Origin: a virus
Taxonomy: Duplodnaviria > Caudoviricetes
Length of the DNA stretch: 64,000 nucleotides
Strand: one strand, 5' to 3'
IMG/VR virus record: IMGVR_UViG_3300025889_000115
Span: 30-64,029 of that record
The translations under genes were made by a program, and so were the position numbers. The notes beneath the pieces were generated by a model. That model was given only the letters and a program-made list of their open reading frames with translations. It was not told the DNA's origin and searched no databases. Shown in pieces: positions 18,960-27,668 of this stretch (position 1 is the stretch's first letter; the number at the start of each line of letters is the position of its first letter).

Positions 18960-19017
18960 GGGCGACCATGACTAAATCAGTTGCTAGTGATTTCGGCCCG
19001 ATTGCGGGATACACAGA

Positions 19018-20421
19018 ATGACGGTTACAAGTGGGTCAGACACTTACAAGCTGTACTCCGGCGACGGCACAACGCATGTCTTCGCATACACGTTTCGTGT
19101 CTTTCAAAACACAGAACTGCTTGTTTTAATTAGAAATAATACAACTGGCGCAACATATATTGCCAGTGATGCAGCCCGCAGCGGCAGCTATGACCCTGAC
19201 ACGCATGTCGGCGGGGAAGGTTTAAACACTGCATATATCCTGTCGGGTGTTGATGACCCTAACGGCGGCAACGTCACGTTCAAGTATGACACCAGCAACC
19301 CGTCCGATGAAAATTACAGCACTACTGACTACCGCCCGCAAACAGGCGAAAGTGTCATTATTATCCGTGTCCCTGATGTAAGCCAAGAAACCAACTATGT
19401 GCCAGGTGGTGCGTTTCCTGCTGAATCTCACGAAGACGCTTTGGACAAGCTGACGTTTCATGTCCAACGGATTGAAGACCAACTGAACAAAACAATCCAG
19501 AGGCCGGAGGCTGACACGGGCGCGGTTGGCAGCAGCATTGACAGTTCCTTGTCGGTTTTGCCTGACAACGAAGACATGAAGGGTAAATACCTGTCATTTA
19601 ACGCCACCACAGGTGCGCCAGAGGCCGGGGCAACTGCGACTGATGTGGTGCTTTCGTCATCTGCGCAAACACTTACCAACAAAAGCATTAACGCTGACAA
19701 CAACTCAATCAGCAACCTTGAAGTTGACAATTTCAAAGACAGCGCCGTTGTAACAGAGTCTGAGGGTATTGCGACTTTTGACAATGACACAACTCTGCCA
19801 ACCAGCGCTGCCGTCAAAAACTATGTAGACTCTCAGGTTTCGGCTGTGCCGGTCAGTGACATTTTGTCTATCACGGCTGGCACAGGACTGACCGGCGGCG
19901 GTTCGGCTGGGGATGTAGAGTTAAGCATCGACTCAACGGTTGTCACACTTAGCGGTACTGGCACACTAACCAACAAAACTATAGACGCGTCCCAGCTTAC
20001 TGGCACCATTGACGATGCCAGAATACCAGCGGCCACGACAACTTCGCCGGGGCTTTTGTCGGCAGCAGACAAAACAAAGCTAAATGGCATCGACGCTAAC
20101 GCTACGGATGACCAGACAGCGGCTGAGATTAGGGCGTTAGTAGATAGCGCTAGCAACAGCAATGTCTTTACTGATGCTGACAAAGTCAGACTTGAAGGCA
20201 TTGAGGCAGGCGCAGACGTTACTGACACAACAAACGTGGTCGCGGCACTCACAGCAGGAGACAACATCACCATTGAAAGTGACGGCACAATTTCTGCTGA
20301 CAACAAGATTGGCACAAAGGACACGCCATCTTCTGCCCCTAGCAATGGCGACTTATTAAAATTTTCAACCGCAGACGACGCTTGGGTGTATTCTCAAGAA
20401 ATAGACGCCGGAACCTATTGA
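19018..20421 (+). CDS. Second tail fibre with T7-like N-terminal anchor
   Basis: YSGDGTTHVFAYTF and FPAESHEDALDKLT, paralogous to the 17664 N-terminus; ends IDAGTY. Confidence 0.8.
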   Translation: MTVTSGSDTYKLYSGDGTTHVFAYTFRVFQNTELLVLIRNNTTGATYIASDAARSGSYDPDTHVGGEGLNTAYILSGVDDPNGGNVTFKYDTSNPSDENYSTTDYRPQTGESVIIIRVPDVSQETNYVPGGAFPAESHEDALDKLTFHVQRIEDQLNKTIQRPEADTGAVGSSIDSSLSVLPDNEDMKGKYLSFNATTGAPEAGATATDVVLSSSAQTLTNKSINADNNSISNLEVDNFKDSAVVTESEGIATFDNDTTLPTSAAVKNYVDSQVSAVPVSDILSITAGTGLTGGGSAGDVELSIDSTVVTLSGTGTLTNKTIDASQLTGTIDDARIPAATTTSPGLLSAADKTKLNGIDANATDDQTAAEIRALVDSASNSNVFTDADKVRLEGIEAGADVTDTTNVVAALTAGDNITIESDGTISADNKIGTKDTPSSAPSNGDLLKFSTADDAWVYSQEIDAGTY

Positions 20422-20434
20422 GAAGGAGCGCATC

Positions 20435-21541
20435 ATGGCATCTACAATCAAAATTAAACGCAACACGACAGACAGTGATGCGCCTACCACCTCGGACATT
20501 GCCCAAGGTGAACTCGGCTTCACTGAAGCCACACAGAAACTCTTCTACCGTGACGCATCGGACAACATCCGTGTTATCGGCGGTGAGGGGGCTTTCCTGC
20601 GTAGTGACACAAATGACACCATGTCAGGCAACCTCACGGTCACTGGCGACCTGACGGTCAACGGGACAACAACAGAGGTGAACTCGACGACACTGACTGT
20701 CGATGACCCGATTGTCCGTTATGCCGACAACAATGCGGCTGACTCTGTAGACATCGGGTTCTATGGCAAGTATGTCGAAAGCGCGACCACAAAATACGCT
20801 GGTCTCGTCCGAGACGCCTCAGACACCGGCAAGTTTATCCTGTTCGCTGGCAACCAGACAGAGCCAACGACCACGGTCGACACCTCTGGGACTGGCCATA
20901 CCACCGCCACGCTTAAAGCCAACATCGAAGGCAACATCTCCTCACCAACCATCACAGCCGGTACAGTCGCGACCTCGCTCGACATGAACGGCAACGAACT
21001 TATCCTTGATGCAGATGGCGACACCAGTATCACGGCTGACACTGATGATGTCATTGACTTCAGGGTTGGTGGTACGGACGAAATCGAACTTACCGCTGAC
21101 TACCTGCGACCGAAGACTAACTACGGCAGTAGCCTAGGTAACTCTGTGCGTCGTTGGAATACAGTCCACGCTAACACTGGCAACTTTGCTAGTCAGGTGA
21201 CACTCGGTGTGGCTCAAGGCACTGCACCGATGGTTGTCACTTCGACAACGAAGGTCGACAACCTCAACGCTGACCTGCTCGACGGTAAATCAGCACCAAC
21301 CGGTGACATTGTCGGCACGTCAGACACCCAGACCCTGACGAGCAAGACGCTGACCAGCCCGGTCCTGACTACGCCGCAGATTAACGACACGAGTGCCGAC
21401 CACCAGTATGTGTTCGCAGTGAGCGAACTGACGGCTGACCGGACTGTCACGATGCCTCTTCTGACTGACAACGACACCTTCGTGTTCGCTAACCACACGC
21501 AGACCCTCGACAACAAAACAATCGACGGTGGGACATTCTGA
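20435..21541 (+). CDS. Fibre/appendage protein
   Basis: TIKIKR...GELG N-terminus, GNLTV.G..T.VNST repeats; ends IDGGTF. Confidence 0.75.
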   Translation: MASTIKIKRNTTDSDAPTTSDIAQGELGFTEATQKLFYRDASDNIRVIGGEGAFLRSDTNDTMSGNLTVTGDLTVNGTTTEVNSTTLTVDDPIVRYADNNAADSVDIGFYGKYVESATTKYAGLVRDASDTGKFILFAGNQTEPTTTVDTSGTGHTTATLKANIEGNISSPTITAGTVATSLDMNGNELILDADGDTSITADTDDVIDFRVGGTDEIELTADYLRPKTNYGSSLGNSVRRWNTVHANTGNFASQVTLGVAQGTAPMVVTSTTKVDNLNADLLDGKSAPTGDIVGTSDTQTLTSKTLTSPVLTTPQINDTSADHQYVFAVSELTADRTVTMPLLTDNDTFVFANHTQTLDNKTIDGGTF

Positions 21542-21903
21542 TGACGCAGTTAACGGAGGGTAGCAGTGTCCACGAGGTGCAGTGCCAGGTGCAGGACCAG
21601 CACCTTGGTGAACTACTTGGTCGTCTAGTTGACGCTGAAACCAAGATGAGCATGGCTGTTCTACAGAACGAAAAGCTCAGACATATGCTGACGGACTACG
21701 AGGACACGAAAGACAAGCTGAAAGAGCTTCAGTCCGACTTTGCTGCCTTGAAGTCAAATGCCGATGCCTTCGAGCAAGCTATGAAGGAGGCAAGAGCCGA
21801 CAGGCAAGCAGCACAGGAAGAGCTAGCCGCTCTGAAGGCCCCGAAGCCTAAAAGAAAAAGGAAGGTAGCCAATGGCAAACACAATCAAGCTGAAGCGCAG
21901 TAG
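21541..21903 (+). CDS. Coiled-coil protein (possible fibre chaperone)
   Basis: Heptad-rich with a basic tail; sits between fibre genes. Confidence 0.6.
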   Translation: MTQLTEGSSVHEVQCQVQDQHLGELLGRLVDAETKMSMAVLQNEKLRHMLTDYEDTKDKLKELQSDFAALKSNADAFEQAMKEARADRQAAQEELAALKAPKPKRKRKVANGKHNQAEAQ

Positions 21904-23101
21904 CACTGCTTCTGACACGCCGAGTGCCGGTGACCTTGAAGTCGGGGAATTGGCTGTCAACACGGCTGACGCGAAACTCTTCACCAAGCACACCGACAAC
22001 AGCATCAAGGAAATTTCTGGCACCGGCGGCGGCGGTGGCCTGTCAAATGTGGTCGAGGACACCACCCCACAACTTGGTGGCGTACTAGACACAAACGGCA
22101 ACAACATCGAGTTTGGCGACTCGACAGGTGCAGAGGTTAATCGACTGAAGTTCGGTGCCGGTGACGACCTTGAGATTTACCACGATGGCAGCAACAGCGT
22201 AATACGCGATGCTGGTACGGGCAATCTTGTTTTAAGGGCCAGTGAGGCAAATTTTAAAAATGCGGCAGGGACAGAGTTTACCGCTAAATTTATTCAAGAC
22301 GGCGCAGCCGAGCTTTATTACGACAACGCCAAGAAGCTGGAGACGACAGCCGATGGCGTAGACATCATCTCAACAGATGATGGAAATGCCATTGGCCCAA
22401 AGCTGCATCTATACCGCAACAGTGCCAGCCCCGCAGATTTTGATGACATAGGTGCGTTGTATTTCACTGGAAACGACAGCGGAGGCAACCGCCAAGACTA
22501 CGCTTACATTAGTGCCAAGCTAAACGATGACGGAGATGGTAGTGAAGATGGACTAATTAGCGTGTTCTCACAGGTGCAGGGCGCTGCTGTTCAGCACCTA
22601 AACTGTTTGTCTGGTCGAACTTCTGTTTATGGCCAACTTTATTTAGCGCCTAGCACCATTTACTCCGACCCGCACATCATGTTTGAGGGCAGCACCTCGA
22701 ATGGATTTGAGACTACCTTAAATGTCACCAACCCAACAGCGGACAATACCATCACCCTGCCGGATGCGACTGGCACGGTTGCGCTGCAAAACCAGACAAT
22801 CAACGCCCAAACCGGCACAACCTACACAACAGTTTTGTCCGACGCTGGTAAACTCGTCACTCTCAGCAACGCATCTGCAATAACTCTGACCATTCCGCCT
22901 AACTCTTCCGTCGCCTATGCTACAGGCACACGCATCGACTTCATTCAGATTGGCGCGGGGCAAGTAACCGTAGCTGGCGGCACTGGAGTGACAGTCAATT
23001 CGACGCCAACACTAAAGTTCCGCGCACAACACTCTGCCGCGTCGTGCATCAAAATTGGAACGGACACTTGGCAACTCGTCGGGGACTTGGCCGAGTCATG
23101 A
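21872..23101 (+). CDS. Fibre/appendage protein
   Basis: TIKLKRS...GELAVNTAD N-terminus; DTTPQLGG.LD.NG; C-terminal W.L.GDL. Confidence 0.78.
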   Translation: MANTIKLKRSSTASDTPSAGDLEVGELAVNTADAKLFTKHTDNSIKEISGTGGGGGLSNVVEDTTPQLGGVLDTNGNNIEFGDSTGAEVNRLKFGAGDDLEIYHDGSNSVIRDAGTGNLVLRASEANFKNAAGTEFTAKFIQDGAAELYYDNAKKLETTADGVDIISTDDGNAIGPKLHLYRNSASPADFDDIGALYFTGNDSGGNRQDYAYISAKLNDDGDGSEDGLISVFSQVQGAAVQHLNCLSGRTSVYGQLYLAPSTIYSDPHIMFEGSTSNGFETTLNVTNPTADNTITLPDATGTVALQNQTINAQTGTTYTTVLSDAGKLVTLSNASAITLTIPPNSSVAYATGTRIDFIQIGAGQVTVAGGTGVTVNSTPTLKFRAQHSAASCIKIGTDTWQLVGDLAES

Positions 23102-23850
23102 CCAGCGCATTAGGCATCATCGCGTCAGGCCACAAGTTTGCAGCGGCGGCTGGGCTGACATTGAGCTTCAACGCTCGAACCTATGACGAAGACACAACTG
23201 GTGCCGTCTCCCCAGCCGACGACACTAGTACGCTCACAACCAGCCTGTCTGCGGGTTCCGCAGGAGACCTAGCCATTTTGTGTGAGAGACGAATCAACGG
23301 CAAAAGCACAACAGTCCCAGCCTCTAACCTGAACACAGGATGGACATCAATCGGCACTGGCCCAACTAATGCCGCGAATGAGTTTCGTTTTGACTTCAGC
23401 TACAAGATAATGACCGCCTCAGACATATCCAGCGGGTCGGTGACTACAGGGCAGTCTGAGGTTCAACAGAATACCATCTTATTTTTTACGCCGTCTCAGG
23501 CCATCACATCTGTGTCTTCATATGGTTTTACATATGCCTCAACTGCGGGGACGTTAAGCAATCAGACACAAAGCGTCACATCGTCAGGCGCATCGGCACC
23601 GGTGATTGTGTTTGGCATAAAGACGACGCACGGCGGCACCGGCGGTCACCCACGCCCAGCGACCTTTGGGACAGTAAGCTGGGATGCTGATTTTTACGAG
23701 TCCACTAGCGGAAGCGGTATAGATATTCAAAACGACGCCAGCCGTGTTGGTTACATAATACAAAACTCAACGCTTTCAGACGTGACCATAAGTTACACTG
23801 ATGAGGGCAACAACCAGCAAGCGGCCAGCTTTCACCTGAGTGTTGCGTAA
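23098..23850 (+). CDS. Putative receptor-binding/fibre-tip protein
   Basis: Ser/Thr-rich beta protein starting MTSALGIIAS; ATGA overlap with the upstream fibre. Confidence 0.6.
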   Translation: MTSALGIIASGHKFAAAAGLTLSFNARTYDEDTTGAVSPADDTSTLTTSLSAGSAGDLAILCERRINGKSTTVPASNLNTGWTSIGTGPTNAANEFRFDFSYKIMTASDISSGSVTTGQSEVQQNTILFFTPSQAITSVSSYGFTYASTAGTLSNQTQSVTSSGASAPVIVFGIKTTHGGTGGHPRPATFGTVSWDADFYESTSGSGIDIQNDASRVGYIIQNSTLSDVTISYTDEGNNQQAASFHLSVA

Positions 23851-23893
23851 TGTTTGGCTTTTAACAAGTATTTAGAGGACGGGTCGTACTGAC

Positions 23894-24064
23894 ATGGACA
23901 CACAGGCACAGCTTGAAGCTCATGAGAAAGAATGCGCTATGTTTCGTGAGCTTGTGAACGGCAAACTAGACATGCTGGACAAGCGGATGTGGAGGCTTGA
24001 GGCGATGCTGATGGGCTCGACACTTTGTGTCGTTGCCGCCACTGTCGCTCTGGTGCTTCGGTGA
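23894..24064 (+). CDS. Holin-like small membrane protein (XhlA-like architecture)
   Basis: Own translation: MDTQAQLEAHEKECAMFR...RMWRLE plus a C-terminal TM; 56 aa, GAGG RBS. Confidence 0.6.
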   Translation: MDTQAQLEAHEKECAMFRELVNGKLDMLDKRMWRLEAMLMGSTLCVVAATVALVLR

Positions 24065-24516
24065 TTAGGGCCAGTGTTTTCGCAGTGTCTCTATTGGCTC
24101 TCACGGCCTGTGAAAACATCAACTTCTCAGAGCTTGCCAGCACGTTCAGCGCTGGCGGCGGTGCTATGGGGGCGGCGGTCGTCACAGCCAACCCTGTCAT
24201 TATTGGTGGGGCGGCTGTCGCAAGCGGGGTCACCACAGCGGCGCTAACGCCGGAAACAAATTCAGTAACCGCAGAACAAATAGCCGAGGTTCAGAACCCT
24301 TGGCAAGCCTTGCTGGTAGCCTTTGACCAGCTTCTTGCTCATGCGTTTGAACTTGTTATTGCTATAGGGCTGGCCGTGTTTGCCATTCCTATGCTCATCA
24401 CTTACTTGCTTGGGAGGGTCAAGCAACGTCCAGAGGACGCAAAAGCTATCAGTAACCTTGTAAACAAGATAGGTGAGATGGATGACCCGAAGAGCAAAGG
24501 CAAAGCCAAAAAGTAA
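24061..24516 (+). CDS. Lipoprotein with C-terminal TM (unimolecular spanin candidate)
   Basis: GTG start overlapping the upstream stop; lipobox LTAC; C-terminal ELVIAIGLAVFAIPMLITYLL. Confidence 0.5.
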   Translation: MIRASVFAVSLLALTACENINFSELASTFSAGGGAMGAAVVTANPVIIGGAAVASGVTTAALTPETNSVTAEQIAEVQNPWQALLVAFDQLLAHAFELVIAIGLAVFAIPMLITYLLGRVKQRPEDAKAISNLVNKIGEMDDPKSKGKAKK

Positions 24517-24685
24517 GTCGCGCGTAAACGAGGCCGGTAACTACACCAAGCCCACTATGCGCAAAAGACTTTTCTCCAAAATCAAAGCTGGCGGCAAGGG
24601 CGGCAAGCCAGGCCAATGGTCTGCCCGCAAGGCACAGATGCTTGCAAAGCAGTACAAGGCCAAAGGGGGCGGATACCGCAACTAA
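24482..24685 (+). CDS. Basic protein, DUF5872-like N-terminal half
   Basis: YTKP.MR...KGGKPGQWSARKAQ.LA..YK..GGGY; homolog at 57822. Confidence 0.7.
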   Translation: MTRRAKAKPKSKSRVNEAGNYTKPTMRKRLFSKIKAGGKGGKPGQWSARKAQMLAKQYKAKGGGYRN

Positions 24686-25120
24686 ATGCTGGCAGAAATT
24701 GCTGCCGCAAACGCGGCGTTCGGAATCATCAAGCAGGCCATCAGCAACGGCAAAGAACTTGCCTCTGCTGGCGCGGCTATTGCTCAGTTTGTTGGTGCCA
24801 AAGAAGACCTACAGCGCAAGCTGGACAAGAAGGGCGCAGACAAGACAGACCTTCAGGAGTTCATGGCCCTTGAACAGCTTCGTGAGAAGGAGGAAGAGCT
24901 AAAACAGATGATGATTATCCTCGGCCGGCCGGGGCTCTGGTCAGACTGGCAGAAGTTCCAAGCCAAGGCACGGGTGGCCAGGCGCGAGGCAGAGGCTGCT
25001 GCCATAGCCAAGCGCAAGAAGTACCTAGAGGTGGCAATCATAGCGTTTTTCTTTATACTTGGACTGTTCATCTTGGGTTCGTTACTGGCTTTGGCGTTGC
25101 ATGCAGCGGGCAGATTATAA
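24686..25120 (+). CDS. Coiled-coil protein with C-terminal TM
   Basis: Homolog at 56638..57069. Confidence 0.75.
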   Translation: MLAEIAAANAAFGIIKQAISNGKELASAGAAIAQFVGAKEDLQRKLDKKGADKTDLQEFMALEQLREKEEELKQMMIILGRPGLWSDWQKFQAKARVARREAEAAAIAKRKKYLEVAIIAFFFILGLFILGSLLALALHAAGRL

Positions 25121-25131
25121 CGGTTATTATA

Positions 25132-25392
25132 ATGGCGATGAAGAAATCACAACGCAGCCTCAAGGCTTGGACAAAGCAGAAATGGAGGACTAAGAGTGGC
25201 AAACCGTCCACGCAGGGTCCGAAAGCAACCGGGGAGCGATATCTACCGTCTCGAGCCATTAAAGCCCTCTCACCCCAAGAGTATGCGGCGACCACGAGAG
25301 CCAAGAGGAAGGCTACTAGAGCCGGAAAACAAGTTAGCAAGCAACCAAAACGAATCGCAGCCAAGACCAGAAAGTACAGGAAGGTGAAGTGA
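25132..25392 (+). CDS. Basic protein, DUF5872-like C-terminal half
   Basis: SQRSL..WTKQKW.TK...ERYLP...LSPQE...GKQ; homolog at 58019. Confidence 0.7.
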   Translation: MAMKKSQRSLKAWTKQKWRTKSGKPSTQGPKATGERYLPSRAIKALSPQEYAATTRAKRKATRAGKQVSKQPKRIAAKTRKYRKVK

Positions 25393-25508
25393 TGCCTTAT
25401 TCTAAATACTCCCCAAAGCAAAAGAAGCTGGCGGCAATGGCCAAGCCACGCAAGAAAATCACAGGTGCTGACTTGAAGAAGGCCAGCAAGATGAAGAAGA
25501 AGAAGTAA
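25392..25508 (+). CDS. 38-aa Lys-rich peptide
   Basis: MPYSKYSPKQKKLAAMAKPRKKITGADLKK...; stop/start overlaps at both ends; homolog at 58719. Confidence 0.7.
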   Translation: MPYSKYSPKQKKLAAMAKPRKKITGADLKKASKMKKKK

Positions 25509-25819
25509 TGGCTAAGACTCCGGCATGGCAGCGCAAGGCAGGCAAGAACCCGAAGGGTGGCTTGAACGAGGCTGGCCGTCGCTCTGCCAAGAAGCAGGGC
25601 ATGAACTTGAAACGCCCTGTGAAGAAGGGCGACAACCCACGCAGGGCCAGCTTCCTTGCCCGGATGGGCGGCATGAAGGGACCAGAGCGTGATGCGAAGG
25701 GCAGGCCCACTAGGCTCCTGCTGTCTCTACGGGCATGGGGTGCAAGCAGCAAGGCTGACGCAAAGAAGAAGGCAGCAGCTATATCCAAGCGGAACAAGGC
25801 CAAGAAGTCCAAGAAGTGA
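25508..25819 (+). CDS. Basic protein (DUF6321-like)
   Basis: AWQRKAGKNPKGGLN.AGR...RRASFLARM...LRAWG; near-identical at 58858. Confidence 0.75.
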   Translation: MAKTPAWQRKAGKNPKGGLNEAGRRSAKKQGMNLKRPVKKGDNPRRASFLARMGGMKGPERDAKGRPTRLLLSLRAWGASSKADAKKKAAAISKRNKAKKSKK

Positions 25820-25938
25820 AACCGCGCAACCCGCAAGCCAAGAGCCTGATGAGCAAGCTGTTCAAGCCGCGCGTCGTCAAGCCCAAGAAGGGCAAGGGTA
25901 GCTACTCCAGAAAAAAGAGCCCCGCCGGGAAACCGTAA
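25816..25938 (+). CDS. arfA: ArfA-like alternative ribosome rescue factor (40 aa)
   Basis: GTG start overlapping the upstream TGA; MKPRNPQAKSLMSKLFKPRVVKPKKGKGSYSRKK contains the ArfA LF..RV.K.KKGKGSY.RK signature; conserved at 59169. Confidence 0.72.
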   Translation: MKPRNPQAKSLMSKLFKPRVVKPKKGKGSYSRKKSPAGKP

Positions 25939-25950
25939 ACCCGACGAGGC
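25911..25950 (-). terminator. Rho-independent terminator of minus-strand operon
   Basis: Minus strand GCCTCGTCGGG-loop-CCCGGCGGGGC-TCTTTTTT, with G-U pairs only on minus. Confidence 0.75.
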
Positions 25951-26006
25951 TAAGTGGCTAGGCGGTGATGCCCCCGGCATCATTTGTCCGCTTCGCTAGG
26001 GAGAAA

Positions 26007-26246
26007 CTACTCTATTCGCCAAATCCTGTAGCCCGTACCGTTGGGCTCTTTGCGTGACCGGTACTTCATACCTCTGTGATACATAGCGCCGCGCACCTTC
26101 TCGTAGTCCGATTCTGTGGTTGCCGAAAGGCAATCCCCGACCTCCATCTGGTCAAGTATGTTCCACTTGCCCCGCTGAACGCCCGGCACTGGCAACCCTT
26201 TCTCAAGGAATACTATTACCTGACCGCACTCGTTGCATCTTTGCAC
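26007..26246 (-). CDS. Small putative DNA-binding protein (EKG.P.P...M.VGD...YR.WR family)
   Basis: AAGGAGG + GTG start; paralog of 27668..27991; homolog at 59318. Confidence 0.65.
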   Translation of the reverse strand: MQRCNECGQVIVFLEKGLPVPGVQRGKWNILDQMEVGDCLSATTESDYEKVRGAMYHRGMKYRSRKEPNGTGYRIWRIE

Positions 26247-26394
26247 TACACCCTCCTTGCAAATCATGGCATAGGACGTGGTTGTTCCCATTCGCAATCC
26301 ACGTTCCATCCATGACATAATGGTCCTTGCCGCAGAAAACACAGCTAACCTTTCTCGTGTCTTTCTTCTTGGTTCGCGGCCCTCTTCTCTTCAC
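26203..26394 (-). CDS. Small Cys-containing hypothetical protein
   Basis: CxxCGK.HY...LC...GC; homolog at 59514. Confidence 0.6.
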   Translation of the reverse strand: MKRRGPRTKKKDTRKVSCVFCGKDHYVMDGTWIANGNNHVLCHDLQGGCSAKMQRVRSGNSIP

Positions 26395-26548
26395 GCTGGG
26401 CCTCCAGTCCTGCTTTAAGGAAGCGCTCGGCCATAAAGAGAAGCTGAGTTGAGTTCATGTCCCTCCAGTGAGACACGCCCTCTATGCTAACCAGCAACCC
26501 GTCTGGCCGAGGCACTACCAAGATTGACTTAGAATGGGATGTCGTCAT
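26345..26548 (-). CDS. Hypothetical protein
   Basis: ILVVPRP.G.LVSIEG conserved at 59647. Confidence 0.65.
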   Translation of the reverse strand: MTTSHSKSILVVPRPDGLLVSIEGVSHWRDMNSTQLLFMAERFLKAGLEAQREEKRAANQEERHEKG

Positions 26549-26861
26549 CCAGGTTCAGCTTTGACTTACGCGCAGTCTCCTGCACACCAGCCGCCTCTGC
26601 CACTTGCTTGAAGCCATCCTGAGACACGTCAGCAGCCACGCTGTCGGTGTTGGTGTACTCGACAGGCTGCTCGACTTTCAGCGTGATGCTACCGTCGTCG
26701 TTCTCGTACACGCGCACAGAATACTGCACGTCATGCCTGAGGTGCACGTCAGCAGGCGCACCCTCCTTGTACGGCGTCCACTTGCTGTTGCCGTACTTGG
26801 CCGCGCCCTTGTCGTTGGGCCACGCCCGGAACTGGGTGATGTTCTTCCATTTTGTTGCCAT
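26529..26861 (-). CDS. Single-stranded DNA-binding-like protein
   Basis: C-terminal DDDIPF SSB tail; follows the annealing protein gene. Confidence 0.7.
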   Translation of the reverse strand: MATKWKNITQFRAWPNDKGAAKYGNSKWTPYKEGAPADVHLRHDVQYSVRVYENDDGSITLKVEQPVEYTNTDSVAADVSQDGFKQVAEAAGVQETARKSKLNLDDDIPF

Positions 26862-26863
26862 TG

Positions 26864-27520
26864 TTAGCCTCCTAAGCTCTTCTGGCGTTGCTTGAACAGG
26901 TTAAGGATGGTTTCCGCACGTTCAGGGTTGCGTTTCTTGAGGTCCATAATCTGATGCCGGTTCTCGACAAACAGGTTATCAACACCGCCGGCCACCTCAA
27001 TCTTCTCCAGCCTACTCTTCATCTGAACGTATAGCTGACGGTCAGCGTCGTCATAGGCATCGGACGGCGTCTCAACAGGGGATGGAGGGTTCCCACCGGA
27101 GTCGCCGCCCGAACTGGATGTTTCCAAATTCTGCTGCTTTCTCGGCACAGCCTCCATTTCATTAGCACTGGCGTACTCACCACCGGACAGTCCGATGCTT
27201 GCCAGCGCTCTGCCAATGGCTGAGGTTTCACAGTTCTCCAAGGCGCTAGTCTTGTTGACGTTGCCCTGTCCTCTGATTTCCTCGGCCATTCCTGAGCCGA
27301 TTGGGTAACCACTATCGCCTGTAATTGTCGCTTTGACAACCACACGATGCCCATCGTCCACAAGAATTTCAGTTTCAACGCCGCAATCAAGGCCGAACAC
27401 GGTCCTGAATGCCTCCATGCGATGCACAACTTGGGTGTATTTCTTGCCACCTCGCTGTGCGATGCCGTGGGTCTTATGCAATTCGGAGACCAGCCCCATT
27501 GCATCCATTATCTTACTCAT
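26864..27520 (-). CDS. Single-strand annealing protein (Rad52/Sak-like)
   Basis: K.Y..V..R..AFR, G.AEE and ALENCETSAIGRALA motifs. Confidence 0.75.
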   Translation of the reverse strand: MSKIMDAMGLVSELHKTHGIAQRGGKKYTQVVHRMEAFRTVFGLDCGVETEILVDDGHRVVVKATITGDSGYPIGSGMAEEIRGQGNVNKTSALENCETSAIGRALASIGLSGGEYASANEMEAVPRKQQNLETSSSGGDSGGNPPSPVETPSDAYDDADRQLYVQMKSRLEKIEVAGGVDNLFVENRHQIMDLKKRNPERAETILNLFKQRQKSLGG

Positions 27521-27668
27521 CCTTTACCTTTCCTTTGTGCAAGTGGTCTGCCATAAGGTGCATGAAGACAGTCCAAGCCGCCTTCATGTCTAGGAAGTCT
27601 TGCTCGAGCGCCGTGACACAGCGCTCAAGCTCATCCAGCCTCTGCTGGCGTTCTTCCTCCTCCGACAT
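27513..27668 (-). CDS. Small coiled-coil protein
   Basis: Own translation ...DMKAAWTVFMHLMADHLHKGKV; same C-terminus at 60812..60976. Confidence 0.65.
   Translation of the reverse strand: MSEEEERQQRLDELERCVTALEQDFLDMKAAWTVFMHLMADHLHKGKVKDE

Noticed and set aside
18968-19021. 17-codon mini-ORF coupled to the second fibre gene
   Set aside because: Too short, with no homolog in B; cannot be distinguished from chance
17664-23850. Diversity-generating retroelement acting on fibres
   Set aside because: No reverse transcriptase, and no template/variable repeat pair with adenine-specific differences seen
25939-26006. tRNA or attP site in the convergent intergenic gap
   Set aside because: No cloverleaf or T-loop motif, no integrase, and little conservation with 59292-59317
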